Of a DNA stretch of 45,589 bases, positions 1-9,590 are shown piece after piece. Within the stretch, counting starts at the first letter, position 1. Each line of letters starts with the position of its first letter. This DNA comes from Octopus bimaculoides. Taxonomy: Eukaryota. The stretch is taken from positions 130,678,808-130,724,396 of the forward strand of contig NC_068982.1 in NCBI RefSeq assembly GCF_001194135.2, in the 5' to 3' direction. The position numbers and the translations under genes are program-made. Below the pieces are notes generated by a model. The model worked only from the letters and a program-made list of their open reading frames with translations, had not been told where the DNA came from and ran no database searches.

Positions 1-330
1 AAGATCACCAGCATTCTATCCCCCACACACAGCCCCTCGTTCTTCGATCACCGTTTGTTATCTCCCCCTTTTCTTAGCTCTCCTGAAAAAAGAATTTCTA
101 ACTTCCGGTCAGTCATTGTCATGATCAGCCATTATTATGATTGACCGTTGACTGGACACTATTCAATTTTTTTCTCCGTGTTTTTCTCCTTGTTTCCGTA
201 TTCTTTCTATTGAAGAGCGTAGCTCGAAACGTCAAAGACTTTCCGTATTCCCGAGCGTCATACTAATACATCCTTTTATTATTTACACCACCTGTCCTCG
301 CCTGTTGTTGTTTTTTTCGTATATTCTCCC
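1..330 (+). mobile_element. Probable 3' terminal region of a Penelope-like element, running off the window start
   Basis: Pyrimidine-rich UTR-like sequence containing TTGAAGA-GCGTAGCTC-GAAACGTC (210-233), a hammerhead-like motif with palindromic ACGT of the kind carried by Penelope pseudo-LTRs; ends in (AT)n at 331. No coding remnant seen. Confidence 0.45.
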
Positions 331-769
331 ATATATATATATATATGTATATATATTAAGTATATGATTTAACTTCTTAAACACAGTTCAACAAATTAAT
401 TCACATTTATATAAATGGAAGAGATTAGATGTTCAAATGTATAATAGTTTTTATGCAAGACTGGTGCTGTTTAAATAGTCATGACTCCAATTACAAGAAC
501 ACATCACAAAAAGATTAATAACACCATGCCTATGTAGTTCTAACGTCTTTTTAGTTTTTATATAAGCTATCGACGAGTACTTTCTGACAACTCAGATTTT
601 CTAATTTGAACATCATGCTTTTCTGTACGAAACAATTGTATAGCAAGATGAGTAATAAAAACTATTCTCCATTTTAACATCTAATCTCCCCCATTTACAT
701 AAATATGAATGAATTTGTTCAACTGTGTTTAATAAGTTAAATCATATACTTAATATATATATATATAAA

Positions 770-1200
770 CTAGTGTACGTTTAAACACAAGAGAAACTGC
801 CTTCAACAAGCAGGTTTACACGCTAGAAGTAGCGAAAGCGACCAAAATCACATTTAAAAGCAATCTTCAAAAAGAATGAAAAATAAAAACTTTTACCTTG
901 TTATTTTATTCCGGTCAGACCTGGGTTTCAAATTTTTTTTAGCAAATAAAATAATTTGCTAGGCGAATTTCTCATCAGCGACCGCGCCATAACATATAAT
1001 TAAGAGACGAATAACACATGTCTCATTGTTATATATTATAATTTTTGAAATTCACCGCACAAGCGCAGTTTCAGTCTGCAGTAAAGGAATATGCCGAACT
1101 AATCTAAAAATTGCTAAAGACATATACGTAAAATATAGGGCAGCGAGTTTTTTTTAGAAATTTCACTACCAGTGGCCTAGCATGTATAAAAAATCAATAG
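770..1200 (-). mobile_element. Penelope-like pseudo-LTR fragment carrying a hammerhead ribozyme
   Basis: Contains the complete hammerhead at 911-984, followed on the minus strand immediately by AATAAA (910-905); bounded by an (AT)n run near 770. Boundaries approximate. Confidence 0.45.
911..984 (-). ncRNA. Type I hammerhead ribozyme, complete core, GUC cleavage triplet
   Basis: Minus strand reads CGGUCG [CUGAUGA 978-972] G AAAUU cgcc UAGCAAAU uauuuu AUUUGCUA aaaaa AAUUU [GAAA 929-926] CC CA GG [UC 919-918] UGACCG. Stem I is 6 bp (one G-U); stem II is 5 bp plus an 8-bp hairpin; stem III is ACC/GGU with a 2-nt loop. Confidence 0.75.
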
Positions 1201-1245
1201 ACAACATATTCTCAATATAAAATAGTGCACATTATATATACAATA

Positions 1246-1293
<48 letters not shown>

Positions 1294-1759
1294 NNNNNNN
1301 NNNNNNNNNNNNNNNNNNNNNNNNNNNNNNNNNNNNNNNNNNNNNNNNNNNNNNNNNNNNNNNNNNNNNNNNNNNNNNNNNNNTATATATTATGGTTTGA
1401 GCTTAGAGCTGCGGCCATGCTGATGCACCGCCGTGTTTTGTTTTTTTTTAATTTTTTTTTTTCCTCCAAGGGGTCACACAGTAGGAAGCAAGCTTCTTGC
1501 CACACAGTCACGCCTGTGACCCTGTTTACTAATAATTTGTATTAATAATGTAACTGTCTGGAAGAGCGAATGTGGCAAAGACTATGACAAGATTAGACGT
1601 TTTCTATGACAGGTAAAGATCCACCAGGTGAGCTGCTATGCAGTTTTCATCCACCCACTTTTACTTACTACGAATGGATCGAATCTAAGCCACAGAATAT
1701 GACATTTGCCAAAGATTTCACGCGCTACTAATAAACATAGGATGTCGTGGCTGCGAAGT

Positions 1760-1975
1760 TAGCCGTGGCGGTGGTGATGGTGATGGTAGTGTTCGTTGTT
1801 GCGGTTGCATTCGTTATAGCAGTAGCGTTCGTTGTGGTGGTTATGTTTGTTGTGGGGTGGTGGTGATAGTGGCGGTGGTGGTACACATTATAACCGTAGC
1901 GTTCGTTGAGGTGGGTAGTTGTATTCGTTGTAACAGTGGTGTTCGTTGTGTCGGTGATGTTATTTGTGCGGTGGT
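1760..1975. repeat. Degenerate GGT/GTT-rich cryptic minisatellite
   Basis: TTCGTT(G/A) recurs at least six times, often about 17-20 nt apart, within GTG/GGT runs. Confidence 0.6.
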
Positions 1976-2181
1976 TTATATATATAATATGGATGGCTTA
2001 TTAGCAATTTAACAACCTAAAGACAAAATTATAGACGTCACTAATGTGACAGAGGGTACTTAGTGGTACCATCATTGCTAGAAATAAGAGTCAAAACAAC
2101 TCAATAGTCACAGATATATGTACATTTATGAATTTGTGTTGCAAGATTCCTGATGTGAAACCGTGTGCTGAAAGATATTGC

Positions 2182-2430
2182 TATATTTCGGGATGGTCAT
2201 TTTTTTTTTTTTGCCAAATAAGCACATGCGCTATATATTTGTTCTTCACTCGTTTATTACTTCGTTTATTACTTCGTTTATTACTGCTCTTATTTTATCT
2301 TATTTCTATTGTTTGGAAATCTTCCGTCACAGTTCTGTGAGTTCTTCAGCGACCTTTTCCGTCCGTGTGTATCCTCCTGCTCCGCTCAGTCCATTCTATT
2401 TGACAAAAAAAAAGACCATCCCGAAATATA
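2182..2430 (-). mobile_element. Inverted-repeat-bracketed Penelope-like or MITE-like unit with a hammerhead relic
   Basis: Perfect 17-bp inverted repeat TATATTTCGGGATGGTC (2182-2198) / GACCATCCCGAAATATA (2414-2430), extending imperfectly through polyT/polyA to about 36-40 bp. Internal 12-bp tandem CGTTTATTACTT x3 (2251-2285). Similar to 12780-12941. Confidence 0.65.
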
Positions 2431-2435
2431 ACAAC

Positions 2436-2501
<66 letters not shown>

Positions 2502-3860
2502 NNNNNNNNNNNNNNNNNNNNNNNNNNNNNNNNNNNNNNNNNNNNNNNNNNNNNNNNNNNNNNNNNNNNNNNNNNNNNNNNNNNNNNNNNNNNNNNNNNN
2601 NNNNNNNNNNNNNNNNNNNNNNNNNNNNNNNNNNNNNNNNNNNNNNNNNNNNNNNNNNNNNTCTCTCTCTCTCTCTCTCTCTCTCTTTACATATATATAT
2701 ATATATATGCATGAATTCAATCACGAACAAACACACACATGCAAACACACACACACACACACATACACACACACACACACACACAAATATATACATACAT
2801 AGATATACACATGTATATATATATGTGTGTGTGTGTTTGTGCGTGTATGAAAGTAGGTGTGTGTGTGTGTGTGTGAGTCTGCCTGCGCTGTGAATGTACT
2901 CTGTAAATACATCATCCATACACACATTCACAAACTTTCGGGATAGATTGTAGATAATCTTGATTCACTATTTTCTTCGATGCGTAAAACATTTCATCGT
3001 ATATCAGTCAATGTATTCAAACTGGAGATCATCTTTTGTTTGTTTACTTAATATGTGAATAGCGAATCCTGTATGGATGTAGGACCAAAGGAAGGAATGC
3101 AATAAAAGTAGTTTAAGTGAAAATAAAGATGTTAATTTCTACTTTAGGCAAAAGGTTTTCTGTACTTCCTTCCTCAGTATATGCAACCCACACCAGATAT
3201 ATCGCTTACACTATTTAACGACGTCGTTACCTTTAGGAAATATTTGTTTATCATCTACCAGTAAATGAAGACTGATTCTAGAAAGATTAAAGGAACGTTG
3301 TCGACTGCAACCTTTCATCGGTCAGAAAACAAATGAGTGACGACGAGACTAAGGCGATTGCGCTATACCCTTGTGTCAGATTGCGGCAATACAAAACCAG
3401 AGCACATGTTGCTGATAATTTTCTTGACAAATATGTAAACAAACTACACATAGCTGTTCTGCTCAGAAATAGAGCTGAATTTGTGTATTCCCCAAACAGT
3501 TTGATTTACAGTAAATTTGCTACTGCCTTTAAACCCATGGCTCAAAATCAACGAAAGCGTCACTATAACATTTTAGACTCAATGAAAGGGCAGCCGGGCT
3601 AAATTTTACTCCACCGCAAACTGATAAAATGATAAAAAGACTAAATGAAAGCGGCAAGAAAAAAAAAACAATATCTTCGTATGAAAATTATATATTAGTC
3701 AAATCTACGAGAATTAAACACATAGGTAGTGTGCATTATTCCCCAAAAGTTAAAGCATTTCAGTACCCTCCAAAATAATTATTCAGCATTCAAAATTATT
3801 AACCACGAGCAAAGACATCAAGTGTTTCAGGGAATCAACTTTATGGTCCTTCAGATTTAT

Positions 3861-4025
3861 AGGCGCAGGCGTGACTGTGTGATAAGAAGCCTGGTTCCCA
3901 ACCACATGGTCCCGGGTTCAGTCTCACTGTGTGGTACCTTAGACAAGTGTCTCCTGCTATAGCCTCGGGATGGCCAAAGCCTTGTTAGTGGATGTGGTAG
4001 AAGGAAACTGAAAGAAGTCCGTCGC

Positions 4026-4084
<59 letters not shown>

Positions 4085-4145
4085 ACATACACACACACAC
4101 ACATGTCTTCAGTCACTGGACTGGGACCACGCTGGGAAAGCATTT
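3861..4145 (+). mobile_element. tRNA-derived SINE (family A), head plus partial body, with internal (TATC)n
   Basis: Head AGGCGCAGGCGTGACTGTGTGATAAGAAG...CCCGGGTTCAGTCTC with box A/B-like motifs; same family as 37870-38232; (ATCT)n at 4026-4084. Confidence 0.85.
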
Positions 4146-4505
4146 TGCAAATCTTTTCTCTATTTTTTTAAGTATATCAATATAATCACACCACATGGGG
4201 AATTCAATCGGAATAATTTTTTAAAAATATTTTTTAAATATTTGTTTATTAGTCTTCCATGTTTATTATAGTTCGCAGAGCTGTATCTTCAGCAACAATA
4301 TGCGACTCTCACCGCTTCAAGCAGAAGATGGCGTCGAGATGTTGAAAAGTTAGTGGGCTTAAGAACGCCGTTGTCTCAGACAAAACGTAAAAGACTAATA
4401 AGGAAATATGAAGAGTGATTTGTTAAAAAGATCAAATTCAAATACAGTGATATATTGAGCATAAGATGCGCACGTATAGACACATGCATATACTTACTTA
4501 CACGC

Positions 4506-4558
<53 letters not shown>

Positions 4559-5899
4559 ATGTGTGCGTATGTGTGTATGTGTGTGTGTATATGTGCACCT
4601 GTGTGTGTCTGTACAAACTGCAGGTGTGTATATAAATAGGAATGTGTGCGAGTTTTTGTTTGTGTGCTTACACCTCATAAACAATGCAAACAAACTCCTT
4701 AAAAACCAAATTTTCACACACCATTAGAGATTTGAGACGATTACTTAGCGGATGTACATAGACATTTGATAACTCCTAATCAGTTTACAAATGATACAAA
4801 ACATCTTAGGTTACTTGCTGTAAACTGTCATTCGAAAGATATCAACTTAAAACATTATATACAATAATACACAAGGAAATAAATTTAATAGTTATTCCTG
4901 TTAATCACGCCAAGAAAACTACGGAATTATACAGAACACGCGAAATATTAAAAGATAAAAATCCTTTTCTTTCTTCAAATAATCTAACCGAAATGATTTT
5001 AGATTTTATATGCCATTCTTTATTCATTAGAAGACAATTTTTACATTGTTATAATGATGATTAATCGCTGGTTAATCTCATTCAGTAGACTAATGTCACA
5101 TGCTAAATTGCTTGAACTAACATCAGATCTTGTAGGTGCTCAAAGATGTAGCTAACAGAGAACGATCTTGTACACTCCGACAGGTAGGGGATGCATTTTA
5201 TGGGGTTCGGTGTGCCAGTCTGCTAATTTTTCCACTGTATGGCCATAGGTTTTAGTGGTAACCACAAACGATATATATGAAGTAGATAACGTATGAGTAC
5301 GTCTTGTGGTTTCCTCTGCACAAGGCCACCGATAGAAATTTTAAGCAAAGCAGAAGAAAAATAAAAACGAACCTAAACATGAAGAGGGGCTCTCAAAACT
5401 TGAAAGTTGATAAGGTCTTATTTTATTAGGAGGGGCCCATTCCTTTGGGCTCCGTACCGTTATATTGGCTGAGCTTCTCCATCTTATCAGTCCTGCCGCC
5501 AACACATATCTGGTAAAGTACATCTGAACAGTGTTCGAGGCTGTTATTACTATATTTTGTTCTTTTGGGAGTGCAAGTTTTATATATATGTTTATCAAGT
5601 ATAGCAAATGCAAAAGTGCAATTTATGATATAAACATTTTAAGCACCGTTTCATTAAGATTTTCATAAGAGAAGATTAAGTCTTTCGATTCATTGGCTCT
5701 GCATTCTTGGTTATAATGTCTGTTATAATGTCTGTTAAATCCTTAAATGCCTTCATTCTACTTACAGATGTACTGCGAAGACAAAGCATGTTACGAATGC
5801 ATAAACATGCCGGAATACGAAAATATTGGGTATAAAGGGGACAATGCGTTCAATCAATTTATATATCAATGTATTACAGCAGTATTTTTTGTTTCAAAC

Positions 5900-5943
<44 letters not shown>

Positions 5944-6104
5944 TACACACACACACACGCACACACACACAGACATACACACACGTGTATATATGTGGAC
6001 TGCCGTCGAAGACGACGAATAAGCATTCAACTTTTGCCGAACAACCTGCACAAATGAATTGTTTAAAGTGCTCAAATGTTCGTGCCGCACATTAGCTCAC
6101 TCTT

Positions 6105-6288
6105 TCCATGAAATTGACGTTGTCTGAACGGGTGCACTGTGTGCCATGCATCAGGTGTCGAACTATCGCAGAGCAACATGAGATGAAGTGTTTTGCTCAA
6201 GAACACAACGCACCACCCGGTCTAGGAATTGAAACCACGATCTCGCGATCGTGAGTCCAACACCTTAATCACTAGGCCATGTAGCCTC
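6105..6288 (-). mobile_element. tRNA-derived SINE (family B)
   Basis: Minus-strand head TGGCCTAGTGATTAAGG (box A-like) ... GTTTCAATTCC (box B-like), then GTGTTCTTGAGCAAAACACTTCATCTCA; matches 6330-6469 and 30672-30914. Confidence 0.85.
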
Positions 6289-6329
6289 ATATATATATAT
6301 ATATATGCTGGTTGGTCGCAGGATTACTC

Positions 6330-6469
6330 ATTTTTTCCGGCTGAGTAGACTGGGGTAACATGAAATGAAGTGTTTTCCTCAAGAAAACAACGCACTACCT
6401 GGACCAGGAGTCAAAACCACAACCTTAAAATCACGAGGCCAACACCCTAACCATTAAGCCATGTGCCTC
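6330..6469 (-). mobile_element. tRNA-derived SINE (family B), second copy in the same orientation
   Basis: Shares AACATGA.ATGAAGTGTTTT.CTCAAGAA.ACAACGCAC and the head with 6105-6288. Confidence 0.8.
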
Positions 6470-8814
6470 AACTACGAAAAGTTATCTATATGCTAATTTC
6501 AATTTAATCTACATACTAGATAACTTACATTACAAACACATGAGGAAAATGTGCTGAATAAAGATTCTCTATTTTTGTTGGAGAGGTTACACAATCCCAG
6601 TTTTAAAAAATATTTTACATAAAGAGAAATTTCTTCGTATCTGCCAACTCATCGATTGTAGTTTGACTCAAGACAAGATGTGGAGTTGGATTTCACAAGG
6701 ACGCTCACTGCGATGAAAAATAAAGAAATAAGTTACCACATATTTAATGTTGTGAGCCAAACGAATATAATTAATCAAAATTATACCCATAAGTAAAGAA
6801 AAAAAACTTCATTGGGCAATTTAGTCCAGTTTTTCTTTTATCTATTTATATCACGTCTAGAATACAGGTATTGTAGTGTTTGATTCCGTTCTTTGCCTGT
6901 TCAGAGTCGATATTAGTAAGTCACTAGAATATAGTGTTATCTTGTATCACTCTGAAATCTATGTATGCATTCTAGTAGGCATTTGTGTCAAATAACACAT
7001 ACACTATTATAACATTTATTATGTATTTACTTGCTGTATTAAATAGGGTAAACCGAAAGTTACATAATAGCACAATAAATGCAAGTGGATTTATTTAAGA
7101 CATAAATTAACATAAATTATTTTCAAACTGCAATTTCTTTTATGATAATTATATAATCAGAACGTCTAGAAAGTAAGTTCTCTATGGCTCGGCTGATATA
7201 GGCGTAATATGAAGAAAGTTTAACATTATGGAATGTTTTAAGAATTAGGACAGTTTTCTAGAAAAGTATCCGTTTTCATATCCTTCAGTGTTAATTTTTA
7301 AGTTTGGGGAAACATATCAGGAATCTGTTCGTTTCTGACAGACGTTTGACAGCCGAGGGAGGAAAAGAAGAAAAAGAAAAAAATCAAACAACTTTATAGC
7401 TTGACTTCAGGATATGTTTTCTCCCGGCTGTTACATTTAAGGATTGCAAGATTATATTTGCTCGAATATTAAAAAGTGAATTATTATAAATATATAATTT
7501 ATAAGCTTGCTTCGTTTTAACGCAAAATTCAATTTAATCACGTCAGCTGAACTCTGAATCTAGTAAAAGAATCTGTTATAGAATGACCATGTTAATGATC
7601 TAAACTATTTTATGTACAAGTTTCTTGTTTTTCGTATCATATAACCTGAAATTACTTTTATTTACACTAAACAACACATTAGATTTGCAGCTGAAGTTAC
7701 AAAGTTACTATGCCATTTTGCACATGCAGACGACGAAAATCTAGGGCAACTAATAGGTTTTATTTTATTTTTGCGTAGGATTAAAATTGCGGGTTTAAAT
7801 CTGTTGTGCTTGCTACACAGCAAGCACTTAAAACCTATCTTGAGAAAATTGATATGTAATAAAATTTATTTGAATCACTATGAAGCCAAAACACTTACCA
7901 ATCCCCAAAATAGTGCGTCAAACTGTGCTAGCCCTAAAAATCACGAATGGACATTAAGAAAATTTTCTCCCACGGTTCTAGCATAAACTTAATTGAACAT
8001 CTTCTGCCAATGAAAACTGGCATTCGAAAGTATAAAATCCTGATTATCAATATTTCATCATCTTATCGTTCCAGTTAGTTCACCATTGTTTTCTCAAGTT
8101 GTTGATTGAGAAAACATATGAAGAGCTTACTCTCAAAACCAGATATATGTATCGAAATAACTTTTGAGTAATTGTTTAAAACAACAACTCAAATATATCT
8201 GATTTTGATTGGAAGACTAAGATTTGCCCATTGTCTATATGGCATCTATCCCAGTTTGACTGAAAAAAGATTCACGTGCGTGAAGCCAGCAGCTTGCAGA
8301 TTGTGTTTTAATGGTTGTCATGAAATCGACCGAATATGCTTTTATACCGGTGTTGAAAGTAAGCTCCTCATTTATATCCAGCGGCATTTAAATGTACTCC
8401 ATTCATGACCATCCTCTCTTTTATCGAGTATTTTATACTATAGGCAACATAATTCAATGAATCGTTTTCTAAGAAGTAGATTGTTATTAATGGAAGTTTG
8501 ATTGCCGTTTCTAGAAAGTCGAGATACCACGTAAAGGTTCCTGCTTTGATTCGGTTTATTTCAAGTAGTTCTTAATTATGATTAGGATTTTTAGCAGAAA
8601 AAACAAACAGCAGGTTTAGTATGATTGTGTGTATATGGGCCCCTTTGGTTTCATTTGAAAATATGAAGAATACAAAGTATACGATTTAGAAGCTATATAT
8701 TTATCGCCGCTCCACAACTGTTAATAATAACAATTCTATATCTTTAACGTAATGAAAAATATTTACCAGTTTCAGGAGTAATGATTGAAATATATTGTTT
8801 CCTTATCAAAAACC

Positions 8815-8910
8815 CATATAAAGTGCTAGTTAATCACTGGGGTCGATATAATCGATTTGCCCTTCCTCCTAAAAAATAACTGCTTGTCTTGTACCAAAAT
8901 TCAAAATAAT
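8815..8910 (+). mobile_element. SINE family C, 3' fragment
   Basis: CACTGGGGTCGATATAATCGATTT matches the 3' body of the family C copies at 9378-9590 and 17313-17526. Confidence 0.65.
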
Positions 8911-9377
8911 TATTAAAGATTAATATGTTATGTCTTTTGACAATTTCAAATACAAATTCAAGGTGTAATACTTAGTGGGAGTCTTGATAACTTCAATAAA
9001 TCTCTAAGTTGTAAGTGATGTAAGGCAAAATATCTTCAACTTGAATCGGAGTCAGGAAAGGGAGATAGGTTTTTACTATATGTATTCATTCTGTTAAATT
9101 ACAAGTATAAATCATGAAACCGTAAATTTCTAGACTACATTGAAGGTCATTCAGGTAAACTGCTACGGAAAATAACGCTTTATTTTCGCTCTCTTTAAAA
9201 AAAAATTCATTTGCTTTCTCTTGTAAGGTCATGTACTATATTGAGTATTATACTGAGGTTGACAAGGAAAAGTGATATTAAAATTTTTAACGTCAAATTT
9301 AATGCTAAAACGCTATACGTATAAAACAATATTTTGTGTTTTAACGAGAAAAATTATCTAATTGAGAAAGCCTTAAT

Positions 9378-9590
9378 ATATTGGTTTCGTATTTTGGCAC
9401 AAGGCCAGTAATTTCGGGAGAATGTGTAAGTCGATTATATCGACCCTAGTGCTTAACTGATACTTATTTTATCGAGCCTGAACGGCAAGTCGACCCCGGC
9501 GGAATTTGAACTCAGAACATAAAGACAGATGAAATGAAGCTAAGCATTTTACCCAGCGTCCTAACTGTTCTGTCAGCTTGCCACCATAAA
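9378..9590 (-). mobile_element. tRNA-derived SINE (family C)
   Basis: Reverse complement contains GGTGGCAAGCTGACAG...TTCTGAGTTCAAATTCCGCCGGGGTCGAC...GGGTCGATATAATCGAC...CCTTGTGCCAAAAT, colinear with the plus-strand copies. Confidence 0.85.

Noticed and set aside
3333-3602. 89-aa ATG-initiated plus-strand ORF (MSDDETKAIALYP...)
   Set aside because: No recognisable motif or supporting splice structure; this length is expected by chance.
7899-7933. FDALFWGL resembles the KCNQ pore helix (ADALWWGL)
   Set aside because: No following TTIGYGD filter exon or other channel segments were found; likely coincidence.
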